In this document: positions 14,247 to 29,061 of the stretch, piece after piece
Layout of the letters: each line of letters starts with the position of its first letter
How positions within the stretch are numbered: the stretch's first letter is position 1
From: Euprymna scolopes
Taxonomy: Eukaryota
Strand: one strand, 5' to 3'
Length of the DNA: 64,000 nucleotides
NCBI GenBank assembly: GCA_053919585.1
Contig: CM132793.1
Notes under the pieces: generated by a model
What the model was told of the DNA's origin: nothing
Seen by the model: only the letters and a program-made list of their open reading frames with translations
Databases searched by the model: none
Program-made: the position numbers and the translations under genes

Positions 14247-14836
14247 TTTTAAATAAGTTTAACTGTAAAAAAAAGTTGGAAGTAAATATTTATTACGAGT
14301 GCATTATTAAAATCACACAATAAACGGCAGGCGTTTAGGACATTAACCCCCACCTCTAAATTCCAAAATGTACTCTTTATTTTTCACGTTAATCTCATCG
14401 AGTCGCAATTTTTTTCTCGGTGATGGTCACAAAGTACGTGTTCAGTTTAGTAGAACGTTTTCATTGAAAACAATTCCTTTACGATAAAAGTCATAAAAAT
14501 ATATTTAATTTTTTTTTTAAATTTGGAAGTTAAGTTTTAATTGATGAAATTAACGGGAAAAAAGGAAAAAGGAAATTGAGGAATTAAAGAGAGAGGGTCA
14601 ATTTTTTAAACATCCGCACAAATAAAAAATTTAATTTTTTAATTTTTATTTATCTGAATGATGACATAATACTGACATAATATTCTCAATCCCACAATTA
14701 CATAAAAGAAACATAAGTTCTTAATCACCGTAATGTTACCATGTCACCAATATATCAACAATGGCATCTGTATTTCAGAAATTAACAGTTTTAAATAACC
14801 CGAATTTACAGGTTTTTTTAAAAAAAGAATACAAAT

Positions 14837-14905
<69 letters not shown>

Positions 14906-17637
14906 CTATTAGTGATTAGAATATTTGGTTCCTTTTATGTGATATTGCCACCTAATCTGGAGTATTGCCAGCTTTTTATGGATTAATTTATTTTAGGGTC
15001 TAATTATCTGCTTTAACGTCTCCAAAATGTTAGTTTTAAAATAAACGTTTTTTTTTTACTTTAGTAATCAAGTAAAAAATAGGATTTTTACCTTATTAAA
15101 AATTCGGAATGAGAAAAAAAAATTGTTTTAATTTAATTATTTTTTTACTGTGCAGTAATTTATATCACTACAAAATCAGTAAAAATAAAAAAAACAAAGT
15201 CCGTCACTACGAATTAAATACATATTTTATCATATTCGGTTTTTAGTAAATAATTTGAAAGAAAAAAATGATGGTATTATGCATCTAAGTTACCGCAATT
15301 TAATAATTTTATTTGGGTTGGTTTTTTAAGTATTAAAATCATCAAATTCTGTTTATCAGTCAGCGTCAATTTTTTTAATCAATAATAATTATGGCGAAAA
15401 ATGTTTACTTCGCCCAATGAAGGAGATTTTTTGAGTTATTAAATCTGCCAATTTCTTGCTATGATTAAAGTTTTAAGTCAAGCATTATAGTTCATTTGGC
15501 TATCTGGACATGTGAAACACAGAGTCTTTGGCCGCGTTAATATCATGCCAAGAAAAGGTAAATTAATTAGAAATATTTAGACAAACAAATTAATCAGAAA
15601 TATTTAGACAAACAAAAAGATAGAATGAGAGATATTCTGATGTTTATTTAAATAAAAAATGATACTCTTGCAAAGAAAGGACTGTGGTAAAATTATAGCG
15701 TTATTTAGAAATTCATTTTTGACATTGTAGGGGGATGTCGTTTTTTTCAGTAATCTTTAGTTTTACCTGGTTAGTTAATAAACAAACGGTACAATAAAGA
15801 GTGAATTTTCTAATAAAATATCTTGTACGGCCCTTTTTTTTACATAAGTACATGTATTATCAAAATTACTATGAAAAAATAAATGGATAATAAAAAATTA
15901 TACAAAAATCTTAAAATATACAAATGTAAAAGAAAGAATAATTAACTTGTAAATACTATGAATAATAGCGCAGTAACGTACAAATGATTTTTTTGTAATT
16001 TAATTTTATTTGCAAGCAAGAATGATTTTTAATATTGAAAAGAACATATTACGTTATTCTAAAATTTACACAATCCGCCTATAGACAAGTTGAGTTTTTA
16101 TCTATATATTTTTATGAATAAATGTTAATACGTACATACAGATTTAATTCATTTAAACAGAAATTTTAAACCGCCATGTTTTTTTAGCTTTTATTGGTAA
16201 GCAAGATTTTATTTATACAATAAGAACGTGGCTACGGTTTCAAACATTCAATCAGAATGTTGCTAGGTCTAATTTTAACAGCGACACCACTTTTTTATTA
16301 TTTTATTGTTTTTTTATTATTCCAAATGTTTAATAGCCATTTGGAATACTCCACTTTCCTTTAAGAGATGTCACGATGCTAAACACCGAAGATAAAAGCA
16401 TAGTACAAGTCATAGTAGTCGTAGTAGTTGTAGTAGTAGTAATAGTTCTAGTAGCAGTAACGGGAATTAAAACTAACTGTATCGACCGCAAAATCGATAA
16501 AACTCAAAAATGGTAAATGTAGAAATTGTAAACAAGTATAAGAAAAAAGAAACCACATAGAATGTGAATGCTACAAACTAGGCCCAAAATAAATTAAGAA
16601 AAGACACGCTAACTGCATCTGGTACACCCCTTTGTAACAGTATTTAAAAATGGAAATAATAGCATCCTGTGGGATAGTAAGCTACTAAGACACCCATGCA
16701 AGGAGACCAGTATCACAGCAGTTAACAAGAAAATAAAAATGCTTCAAGATAGTAGATATATCCGTTCAAGTGCAGAACGTACTAAGTAAACAGAGAATCG
16801 TGCAAAAACAGTAACATAGTCGCGGCAGTATTTTGAGGCGTGACCTGTGCGCGACATCACGGACGCCAATGCACACATAAGCATTAAGATCAGAAGGAGC
16901 TAGGAGGAGAAAAATAATTAGAAAAAAGAAAAAAAACGTATGGAAAGGAAAACTTGACAAACATGCGGAACGTTTTGTCTTACTTTTTCCATAGACACTC
17001 AGCCCTGTATGGTGCCGTATGTTGATAGCCGGATGTGCCTGGTTCCATTTTATGACAGCCAGCCGACATAGGGGTTCTGAAAGAAAGAACATTCTGTTGT
17101 TTAATACGAGTCGACGAATAGTTGATAATCGAATAAAAAGATAAGTTGTTCTTGCACTTTGAAGCTTTGTTTCAAATTCGCATTTCCTCTGCTACCCGTT
17201 TTACGCACAAAGTTGTTATTCTTTAGAACGAACAACCATGTAACAAAACCGATCCACATTTACGGGGAGTAGTAACCAGTTGCGTACATGTTGCAATAAG
17301 AGAACAACTAAACTGTAACTGCAAAACAATATGCCCCCCAATAAAAAAAAAACGATGGCGTTAAACGAAAAAGTAGTGAAAGGCCCAGGATACCCAAGAG
17401 GAATCGCTTTAGCCAGTCTTTCACGTGAATTGTTCGTTGTCATCTTAACAAAAAAAAATTAAATTACACATGCCATGGCTAGCGGCTGTTGCGCTAAAGT
17501 TATGCCACCTGCGCTGATTATCGAAAAAATAGAGATCACTCCAAATCTGGAGAACTATTTTATCTCACAAGCTCCAGAAAACATTATATACCAGTATGTG
17601 ATAACTGGTGATACCCTCTTTAAGACCTATATTTAAG

Positions 17638-17639
<2 letters not shown>

Positions 17640-17707
<68 letters not shown>

Positions 17708-17775
17708 TGATAATAAAAATAATAATTATTAATATTAATATTGTTATTATTATCATTATCATATTAATAATAACT
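17640..17775. repeat. (AAT)n microsatellite with degenerate extension
   Basis: Directly visible. Confidence 0.9.
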
Positions 17776-18479
17776 ACAACGAGAAATCACAAAAATGTGG
17801 AAACCAAGTTCAAAACGAAGAGAAATAGGCACGCTTCTAGGAACAACCCAAAACATACTGTAAAAAATTACTCAGAGTTTACTAAATGAGAAACTATAAA
17901 ACAGGCATAATAAATTATAAGGAATATCCTCGAATGCGATTACCAACCACTATTAATTACAAACGAGAAATATTACCACAAAACTGCAATAAAAATAAAA
18001 CAAAGTATATAAACACGTGATACGAGTTTTTAGTGAATTACATTTGCGGAAATCATGATGAAACACATGGACGCATTTCCTGTCACTAAACGTGACTAGT
18101 TTTATGCATTTTTTAAATATCAACGAATATGTAAAATGTCGAGTGTAGTTTCAAGCGGTGAATCAAAGGAAAAGCTTGCAATGACACAAAAAAAAACAAT
18201 GTTGTTACAGTTATTGAAAAGAGCGGCAAGTTCTGGAAATATGGCGATGTTTGCCTTTACGAAGACTTTGGGGTAAACACTGATAATTTGTCATGTGAAA
18301 ACCCTTAGTAAATAATACTAATTCTGATACTATTGCTACTACAATTGTAATAATAATAATAACCGAAGTATTCAAGGTAATAATAATGAACTACAAAACA
18401 TAACTACATAGACACGACTCACAAAAACAGTAAATGTGTAATTTGGGGTCAATAATTTATAATGCTATTCATAATCCAT

Positions 18480-18862
18480 CAATCTAAAAAGACAATTTAA
18501 AAAAAATAGGAAATATTTTATATGAAAGGAATATCATGTTGGTGAATATGCAAGGAAAACAGTCACCCTATTACAAAAATGATAAGTGGATATAATAATG
18601 TGCTAAGGTGGGTGGGAATCTTGTCAAGAAAAATAAATCGATTTCTATCCGGTTCACAGCATCAAACTGGCGAAAGTAGATGAACAAAGAAAATACATTA
18701 AATTATCAGCTAACTGAACGATATATGTGATTAAAAATATAATAATGCCAATAAGATTATAAGCACAAAGAAACCTTTCAAAGACCTGGATAAAAGACTG
18801 GAAGAGATTTGATTCAAAGGGAATCATGACACTATACAAACCATGTTACTGACTAATACAAA
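18480..18862 (+). mobile_element. Decayed R4/Dong-like RT fragment
   Basis: NLSKTWIKDW (~18772-18801) resembles the R4/Dong motif NLSMAWIDYKKAYD. Confidence 0.35.
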
Positions 18863-18905
<43 letters not shown>

Positions 18906-20257
18906 TGTGTGTATATATATTTTAATTCTATAGTACTGAAACCAAGCCACAAGCAACGTATATGTCTAAATAAAATAACATTACGAAAACACGACTGAGC
19001 ATAAAGAAAACTACACCAGGTTAGCTATATCTAAAATATCCGATAATCTGATAGTCCCTTTCACGCACTAGATATAACACAAACAAAACAATATTTTGTG
19101 TAAAAAATGGGAGAAAAAAGTCTCGAAGGATGGACATTGAATGCCCCAAAGTGTACTGAAATCCTATGGAAATTATGAGAAACACAAATTCTGTTATCTT
19201 TGAAAACCAACTGATGAGATAATCTTACAAAGAGAGTATTTACATTGATTAAAACAATCAAAAATATACTGAAATCATGGGAAATATTGTACTCATGTAT
19301 TAAATCCAACAATCATTGAGGTTTTACTATAACTGCTCAATATTAATGCAACTTATATATATACCTAGATTTTACTATTCGATTCATCTCATTCTGCACA
19401 TATCTGATCCCAGCACGAAAACCAACCGCCTAAAACATACACATATATGCTTTTGCTATAATCTAAAGAATACAACAATAGTATAATACGAAATAAAAAA
19501 TAAAACTGCAAGTTAAGAAGCTTCACATACAAAAACACAAAAGGCATGCATTTATGTTTTTTCGAGAAATTAAAAAAAAAACGTTAAGTATTTTAATACT
19601 GAAACTCAAATAATATAAGCAATGATTATAATTTATTGCCCAAAACGAAAGTACTATATATTTACCATTGTTTATATTATAAACAGTTTAATATTCCAAA
19701 TAGTCTATGAACTAAAGTACAAAAATTGGTATTCTAATTTGAAAATGTTGTGCACCGTTTTGGGCATTAGAAAAAAACAACAACATTCAAATGAACACAG
19801 AGAATACTGCAATATATCGTTGATGTATGAAATCAATATATGCGACCAATTCACATGACAAAACACGCGAGTAATTGAGCAGCAAAACGGAATCACTAGA
19901 GCGAAAATATTGTCAATAATTTAATAGAAACGCATTTGTTTGGTTTTATGTTTGTTAAAGATCATTAGAGGACAGATACAAAAATATATTCATTTTTATA
20001 TTACATTCACCAAGTTGTCTATGAGAACACTCATAAATGTTTCAATATATTTGGATAATAATGTAACAGAAAAACATGCTTATTTTCATAAATATATTAG
20101 CTCAATTTGTTTTGTCTACGCAAAGCGGCGCATATATTTCTTTTATTGTCTCTATTCCTCCTTCTCTACTCTTCTTATGGTTTCTCTTTATTCTGTACGC
20201 CTACACAATCAGACAGACACTCTTACACTTACTCACCCTTCCAAACACACACCTACC

Positions 20258-20295
<38 letters not shown>

Positions 20296-20829
20296 AATAC
20301 ACACACACACATATATGTATATATATATTAGAAACACTAGGTATTATAAAACCCACGAATATGAAAACAATTCATCATGCGGTCCAATATTACCATATCC
20401 TCACATATGTTTCGACGTTTTACACACACCCCTTCCTCTCCAAAATACATCATATTTATTTATGTTTCCAAAATATAATATTATTAAATGAATCTTGATA
20501 TAACTTTTTATTACATATTACGCTATATGTATATATATATAGAACAAACGATATAAGTTGCCCAGTTACTGTAAATACTTGTGTTGGTAAAAAAAGAACA
20601 TCATGTTTTTGGGCGCTAAATTCTTTTTGAGGAGGATCTGTGAGATGTAACCGGTTCTGAAATATTCCTATCATGCTAAACTAACTGGAATATTTGTTGT
20701 ACGATACAGTTTTATTTTCATAGCAATTGCAATGTCTGTTTTTGAATATTTCGTGTTTCAAAATAATAGAACAAGGCAGGTAAGTGAAGACAATAATTTT
20801 TTTAATAACATAAATACAAATCAAATCGA

Positions 20830-21840
20830 TCAATATTTAGTAGTAGCACCTTTTGCCTTGATAACAGCATCAATTCTCCGGGACATTGAATCAACAAGCT
20901 TCTTACAATCATGTGTAGACGCTGAGTCCCATGTGTTCTGTATTTCAATCTTCATGGTAGTAAGTTTTTCTTTGCGGAGGTTCCTCTTCATCTGGTCTAA
21001 CAAAGCTTTAATAACGTTCAAATCTGTCGATTTCGCTGTCCATTCAAGAACAGGGATCGATTGTTATAAGGACCAGGAAGATGTGGTCTTGACAGAGTGT
21101 GCCGGTTCCAAGTGATGTTGAAAAAGGATGTCTGTAGCCTCCCTGTCAAACTGGTTATCCAACACTGGCAGTAAATTCGCTTCCAGAATATCTTGATACA
21201 CATTTGCGTTTACAGTTACTTTGATGAAGCATAAATTACCAACACCTTAAGCACTCATACAGCCTCAAACATGCAAGACAGCGGGAATTTCACATATTTC
21301 TTACCGCATTCTTGGTTATACCGTTCAGTGGTTCTTCGCCAAACACGTGACCATTGGTCGCCGAAGAAATTGAGACTTATCTGAAAAGGACAAACGCTGC
21401 TATTCGTATGCAGTCCAGGTTTGATGAGCAGTTGCCCATCGCAGCCTCTTCAACATCTGCTTCTTGTTAATGAACAGTTTGGTGGCAGCTATACGATTCT
21501 GGTATTCCCGTTGCCGGAGCCTTCGGTTGGTAGTGCTTCTTGAATCGTCGGCACCAGAAACCTGTTTCCACGCTTCAGATATGTGATTTCTTGATGGAAA
21601 TCGACTTTTCTCTACCACCTTGTCCAGTGCCCGCTCTTGTTGTTCGGTGCTGCTTTTCTTTCGTCCGCATTTCTTGTGATTGCTGTTGGAAACACTCTCG
21701 GCACCTTTTTGGAGCACGTTGGTCACCACCGATCTTGAGCATCTTACCTTGATTGCGATTTCCATGTGCGTCTTTCCTTCTGTCCGCAAATCAAAGATAC
21801 GCTGCTTGTCAGGCAAAGATATGTCTTTAGAACGACCCAT
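20830..21840 (-). pseudogene. Tc1-family transposase pseudogene
   Basis: N-terminal HTH (MGRSKDISLPDKQRIFDL...CGRKK...RLRWATAHQTWT), LSFSDKSQF (first D), decayed FQQDxAPxH and WPxxSPDLNPIE (WTAKSTDLNVIK) motifs, C-terminus LVDSMSRRIDAVIKAKGATTKY; stops/frameshifts. TIRs not located. Confidence 0.92.
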
Positions 21841-22239
21841 ACTTATACAGTATTATTAAATCGCTTTCAAAATCTTTTTAAACAATATTTGCATTTTTTT
21901 TAGTTTACGATTACTCAATGACAAAATGTTCTATTAAATTGGAACGTTGACTTTTCTAATGTGACAATAAAGTACTCCTTGTCTGCCATATACCCCTCCT
22001 CAAATGAGTAAAGGCAGCTGCGATTATTATTTAAATATAAAATATCTCGCTTGTACAATTTACAAGCCGAAAATTATCCCAAACGGAAGTCTACTTTGGT
22101 CATAGGCCAAAATTCCTAATATATAAAGTCTCAAATTTGCAGACAAATATTATAAGAGGGGTTTAGTAAATACTGTTCTACAGACAACAAAGAGAGCTAT
22201 TAATATATATATATATATATGTATATATAAATATATATA

Positions 22240-22270
<31 letters not shown>

Positions 22271-22819
22271 GCGTGTGTACTATTTTCATCTGCCAATGTT
22301 CTTTAAATTCTTTCGACCAGTGGCTTATAATAACTCGACAAAGATAGAAATCATTCATTTATGTTTTGCTCTGCTAAAAGCGATACATACCAGACATGAA
22401 TTATAAAAGTAAAGCAGATGGTTATCACGGTAGTTGGACAAGAGCCGCTTTCGTCTCCAACGGCAGTAAGTCATCATTGTAAAATTAAAACGGTAATGAA
22501 ATAATGGAAATAGATTGAATTCGAGCTTTCGGTAAAGATTGTTATCAATAGACTGCCTTATTTTGGTCTTTCGGAAATGTCTACTGCAGATTGCTGTCTC
22601 GCCTCTTTCCTTTCTACTGTGCACGAAACATAAAATATAATGTAGTTACATTGGAAACATACTCACCACTCAAAAAACATCCAATCTTTCTAGACTAAGG
22701 TTTTTTGAATGAAGCATGCAGGAAGTCAGGTATGTGGTTTTGCTATGACAGTTGTAATTATGATGTCTAGTTATATTATTAAACCAATATGTATATCGAT
22801 ACCATTCTAGTGAGTATTG

Positions 22820-23750
22820 TACCAGGTACCTTCAATAAGTTTCCAGACGTGCTTTTCGTATAGCACTTTTTATTGATAGTACACATGTGTTACTCTCGCC
22901 CCCATTCAGAGAAATTTCATCAAAAGGAAATGCATATGTACCGTTCCAACAATTTCTGCAAATCTCCATAGAAGCTGTCTTGCGTTAGCGTTTCACTGGC
23001 CCCTGTTACCACCTTCTTCATCTTAATTCACTTATGACGACAGTCTCGCAGGTTTTCCTTGCGTTTAGGGACAAGGTACAAATCACAGAGAGCAAGATGA
23101 GGAATATAGGGAGCGTGACAATATGTCATTTTTCTTATCATTGTCAAATAGTCAGATATTCTTTGAGCACACTTGGAATACACTCCGTTCAAATTTCCGC
23201 ATCTTAAGTTGCTCGTGAATAATTGTGTACAGTTCCCATACTGACATCAGACTGTGCACGTATTGCCTCTATAGAGACACGACATACCGTAATCATTAAA
23301 CTCTTAATTTGGGCAATCAGCTCTGTTCTTCTGACTTCATTACTCCTCCCACACATCTCATAATCTCTCAGACACTCATGCATTCCTTAAACTTTTTTGC
23401 CACTCAACAATGATGCACGTTTCATACAAGATAGTTTAAAACCAGTCTGAAGTATTCCGTACGTGTTTTTACCATTTTTTCATGTTTTAAACAGATTTCT
23501 ATTGCATATAGTTCTTCTGACGTGTCATCAGATCCGAATTGCCTTTTTGAAATTCACCAGTTTTGACAAACAGGCTTAAGTAGAGTGTATTCTATTTCCT
23601 GTTGTAGCTGTTAATTTTTACTTGCAATCATAAAAAATGGTCAGCCCACTCACAAGATCTGTAGTTATAACGTACTTAATATTCAAGTGTCTACGACAGT
23701 TTCAAATGCCTATACAAATAAATCGGGAAGCTTATTAAAGGAACCTTATA
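22820..23750 (-). mobile_element. Internally deleted mariner element with TIRs (~930 bp)
   Basis: TIRs TAccaggtaccttcaataagtttccaga / tcgggaagcttattaaaggaaccttaTA. Minus-strand remnants of the N-terminal HTH and PHLALCDLYLVPK (cf. SPDLAPCDFWLFPK, ~23065-23103). Confidence 0.85.
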
Positions 23751-26700
23751 TATTTGAAACTAAATTTCCAAGGTGTAGTTATCGTTTGGACGTGATGTTC
23801 TTGCAATAAAACGAGTTAAGCAGACTTTAAATGCGGATTAACTTAATAACAAACTATATTAATACTTAAAAAACGAGTGCTTCTTTTCACATGATTACCA
23901 TAAAACCAGGCGTGAGCAAGATCATTGTTCGCTGTTATATTAATCCTGCATATTATTAAGTGTGAACCCAACGAAATATTGCAGACAATGCATAGGCAGC
24001 AACTAGACAATGATAAAAATGCTACACACTTTTTTTTATTCAATGTTACTATAATCAAAATTGTAAAAAAGTCAAATAATATTAGAAGGTAATGAATAAC
24101 ATTAACACGAGATGATCATATATGCATAGTATTAAATATATTTACTTGACGTGTCTCTTTGCTTCTGGGATAATTCATCACGTCCTCTGTCTTATTTCAA
24201 AACCTTGAACTATCATAAAGTATATTCGTCTTTTTAACAATCCTCTCTGTCAGATAGGCGATAATGTAAGACTTTGAATAATTTCGTAGCTTAAATGTCT
24301 AAAGCGAAAATATTGCATAACTTATAAGTGAACACAACCTTTATAACCCCCCGTAAATTCCCGGGACTAATATCTTATGACGACCCAACTCTACAAACAC
24401 GGAATACAACCAATCTCACGTTTAATTTAGCTAATGCTGTTTTAAAGTCTATTAATAAAGTATTGCGTGTAAATATTTTCCGAAACATCAAATCTATCGA
24501 TATATGCAAATATCCTAAACACTATAAACAAATTCTACGTTTTATTCCACATGTTACACATTTTAATATGTTAAACATGATGAAACAATTACTTGTTTTG
24601 AAATTGATGTTGAAATATTAAAACACCAGAAAAATCTGAAATGTTTTATGTAGTGATTAATATTCCAAAATAGAATTATTTAAATTTAGTTTTATTACAC
24701 TTTTGCATGTTAGTATACATATTTTATTAATAGTAAATAAGAAGTATGGGCTAGTTACGTAGAATCGGAAACGCGAATACATACATAGACACAGTGATAT
24801 AGTCGCCTAATATTATTTATATACCGATTTAATGAAATCATATTTTTAGGAGTATTTGCTTAATGAAAATATAATTGGTTTATATTATGTCATTTTATAT
24901 CCATGCACTTGTCACACGGGAAACTTTACTTTTTGTGTGTATTTTTCATCATTGGAAACATTCATTTTTATTTAATGATTTTACTTGTTGTCATTAGACA
25001 AGTCATTACTCCATTTTGCTTCAGAACAACTGATTGCTTTCATACTTGAGTTCGTTATATTTTTCATACTACGGTGAGTGTCTAAATGTTCTAACATATA
25101 ATGATCCTGATAAATATGATGTTAGATATTTTCCACATATAAAAGCTAAAATTAATTAACATATATCATGTATACTGTCTCTTCCTTCATTCTTCGTGCA
25201 TATTTTATAACCCTCCACGTCGTTTGCTTCTGGTGAACAGCTACAACTTCTAAGCGCTTTCTTTTGTTTCTATATTTTTTTACAAGTACGAAAAGCAATG
25301 CTGTTCCTATTGATTACAGTTATACTTTTCAATACATGAATTGCCTTTGTTACAAGTAAGAAAAACACGTCTTGTAATAACATGAAAATATTGAAATATT
25401 GCATTTCATAAACTTTAATAATTAAGATACATAATTTAATTTTTTATTTATCAATTTTCAAAAACGGACTTTAGAAAAGTAACAATTTATCAAATTGTAA
25501 TTAAAACTGAATCTAAAAATTGCATTTATTTTATGTCATATAAAACAAATCAATATTGTTTTGTATGCCTGTTACAAGAGGACATTTTTCTGTTTCAGTA
25601 ATATACATAAGTAAAAATGTAACTTTATTTCTAGCAAAATAATTATTATAATCTGATTTAAAAGAAGTAAACCTTAAACATAAAAGAAATGTAATCTACT
25701 TTTCTGTCTTTTTTATTTATATCTTTATATTAGTATCTATATTTTTTTGTATTTTCTTACAGCAGTCATGTATATTTTTTATCCCATATTACTGCTTGAT
25801 TCAACATGACATTTAATAAGATTAGAATTATTTTAAAAGACTTAGCAGCTGGTTTTATATTATTAGATTTGTTAAGACTTAATATCCAGAATGGTCCAAG
25901 CCACTTAATTCATTATTGCAATCATCTGTTACATCTAAGGAATTAGGCCACATTTTATATAACGTCTACTCTTTGCCGAGTGTCTTACTATATTATTAAT
26001 ACGTTAGTGGGCAAGGGTTTGTCTCTGCTTCTATTGATGTAGAATGCATCTTATTCTCTCTACATTCTTCTCTTTCTCTCTCTCTCTCTCTTTATATCTA
26101 TAAACCAACCAACTACGTGGAAATAAGACACAGTTTAAGAAATTAGTAAGACAAATAGTTTTTTTTTTAATCTATATTACTGTATACACGCCATTTTCTT
26201 TCCCATCTCTTCTATCTCTCTCCATATTTATTTCTCCTTCAACACTAACATTGCAACCATGCATAGTCTTCTAAATAAAAAAATGTAACATCTCACAATA
26301 AAAAACTTTTAAATGGCTAATATTTTTACATATTCTAAATAAACTAAAGTGAGTAGATTGAAGTTAGGAAGAGTGTTTACTTCTATTTATTCTTAAAAGC
26401 CAATGCATAAGGATACAGTGTTAAAATATCGAAAAACAAGAAAAAAGTTACAGATAGCGAATTTTATCCTGGGAAAATCAGCGGACGTTTTAGTTAGATA
26501 GACATACGACATTTTCTGTGTTAGTGCTTTCGCGCGTTTGCAATTATTCTTCTTCCGCTGTAGTGTAGATAGGAGTATCGAATCCAATGTATATGTTTTA
26601 CACATAGCAAAACACTGACAATTACGTGTTGAAGTGTTGGTGAATTATCATAATGGACTTTGTAGCAGTTCATGTAAGGCTGGGAGCAATGTAATGAGAG

Positions 26701-26883
26701 AACAAGCGAGCGCGTTTCAGTTAACATGTATGCCATTAAAAACAACATATAATCTGACACCATATTGAAACCAATGAAATAACAGGCGTTATGTTTATAT
26801 ATTTTCTAGAAAATAAACCAACAGTATTCGGAGATACATTATAAAAGTTGGTATTATATTTTTTCTGAGATCAAGAAAGCTAA

Positions 26884-26956
<73 letters not shown>

Positions 26957-27055
26957 TTTTCAGACAACGTCGCAGCGCACAAGATCCATGATATCCAACA
27001 AACGGGAATAAAAGATTCAGGTTTTGCACTCATTGTGGTTCATCATTAAGATATA

Positions 27056-27128
27056 TCCGAACCATGGATTCGACACCCTGGCCTCTTGCATGCAAGGTAA
27101 GCACTCTGCCAACTCAACAAACGCCCCG
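27056..27128 (-). mobile_element. tRNA-Ala(TGC)-derived SINE head / tRNA pseudogene
   Basis: Minus strand GGGGCGTTTGTTGAGTTGGCAGAGTGCTTACCTTGCATGCAAGAGGCCAGGGTGTCGAATCCATGG: A box, TGC anticodon loop and B-box remnant. Stems are broken; ~100 bp body runs to a (TA)n tract. Confidence 0.65.
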
Positions 27129-27517
27129 TACACAAGAAAGTCTATTAACTAACACAGATCAAACAAGCCGCGGCAAAATCCGACTGTGGAATGAACCTAC
27201 TTCGTCTCGCCAAGGGAGGCGGTCATTCAACCAGCTAATAACCCCAAGCCAATGTCTCAGAAGTAAGAATTTTCATCGTACTTGCGAGTGGAGTATTCCT
27301 GATGGAGTGGCTACCACAATTCTCTTTTATTAAGTTATTAAGCGGACGTTTCTGAAAATCTACTCATCCCTGTAAATTCTGCAATTTACATATTTTTTAA
27401 TCTTTTTTTCGCGTTAATCTCATCGATAACAAATTTAACTTTCACATAAGAAAAAAGTAAAATAAAAAAAAAAAAATGTTTTTAGGACTTTTTTCGTCGG
27501 GGATCAGTTTCCAAGTA

Positions 27518-27630
27518 TAACGTTTTTCTTAATTGAACAGGTACTTTGTGGCCATCACCGAGAAAGATATTGTCGCAAAATTTCTCTTGATGATGGTAAC
27601 AATGTACGTGTTCAATCTAGTAGAACCTTT
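27518..27630. repeat. Imperfect palindrome (MITE-like); one arm also at ~14405-14462
   Basis: ttgaacaggtactttgtggccatcaccgagaaa ... tttctcttgatgatggtaacaatgtacgtgttcaa. Confidence 0.7.
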
Positions 27631-28647
27631 ATTTGTAAATAATGTCAATCCCAAAAATGCGAAATTTCATGTGTAAGTTTGAAGTAAATATCATGGATAT
27701 TTTTGGTAAACATTAGTCTGTAAAATAAAAGGAATGCGACGATAGTAAAGTATACATTGTTTAAAAGGAGATATATTCGCATCCGTCAATTTAGAATGCG
27801 GAAACTGGGTATGCTATAAAGATATATGTGACGTTTTTCTTTTTAATGTAACAATGTTTAAATAATTTTAATCCTAACTTTGCGTAATTGGATGTGTAAA
27901 TTGTAAGTAAATGTAAAAAGCAGTCTGTGAAAAAAGGATAAGTGACGATGGTAAAGTATATAGAATTGAAAACAGTGCGTGGCGATTCATAGACTTTATT
28001 GATTAAGAGTTGCGGTATTCGTTTTTTGTATGTTTGTGTATAAACCGGAGTAATAGAATTTCATAGTTGCAGCCAATGAGAATAGGTGAATGGTAATATT
28101 GAGAAACCATTATTTTCAAATAGCTAAGTGCGTTATTGTTTAATTCAGTAAATAAAGGTCAATATAGCTATAATAATAGACATAGTTTTAATGGTTATGC
28201 ATTTACTCGGTCCTTACTGGGAGAGTGGGAGGACTTTTCAAGTAGAGGGGAAAACACGGACTTCTTCGCCTATAGATCATGGCAATCCTCATTATGTCGC
28301 TCGTAGGAAGTAAGATATGATTTTATTATAACAAATATATATGTCTGAAACGGTGTTGAAAAGTTACAAAAGATGGTGGGTAAAAGTTTAGACATAAAAA
28401 AAATTGTATGCGGCATATGTTATTGCGAACCCACCGTAATTTGGTCCAGAGCTAAATTTCTGCAATCAAATGTTTATATGTAGGAGAGAAGAGTTGTTCT
28501 TTTTATTCCAATCCCACATATGATTTGGTCATTTATGAAATTTTGTAAACAATCGGTTAGCGTTACATCTACCATTAAATCTGTTTTCTATCTATTATAT
28601 CAATTATATTACTAAAATGTTATCTATTTTCAAATTTCTGAAGATAA

Positions 28648-29061
28648 TCTATATATCTATAAAAGTGAACGTGTCTGTCTGTCTGTCTGTGTACATTTCC
28701 CTACGCAATAACTCTGTCAATTTTTAGTCTATAGACTCGAAATTTGAAATACCGGGTACTGAGATTTGGGAAAATCGATGTGACGGGTGTCAGCCTGAAA
28801 TTTGGCTGTTAAGGGGTCAAATTTCAACGATTTGACCTTTAAGAACTCTACCAAACTCCTCCGACAATTTTGGGTCTAGACACTTGACATTTTAGATATA
28901 GGTTCCTTGAACCTGGATCTAATTTAATAAAGTGATTTGAGCCCGAAACTATAAATTTTAAGGGGTCATAATAGGGGTCAAATTAAAAAAAAAATTACTT
29001 TTTTTTTTTTTGCTCAGCATACACCTCCAAACACCCGGGCAACGCCGGGCTGAAATGCTAG
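28648..29061 (+). mobile_element. Non-autonomous Helitron (~415 bp)
   Basis: A|TC start, TCtatatatctataaaag followed by (GTCT)n, subterminal hairpin cccgggcaacgccggg (29034-29049), CTAG|T end, no TSD. Confidence 0.85.

Noticed and set aside
27056-27128. Functional tRNA-Ala gene
   Set aside because: Acceptor, D and T stems are disrupted; treated as SINE head/pseudogene.
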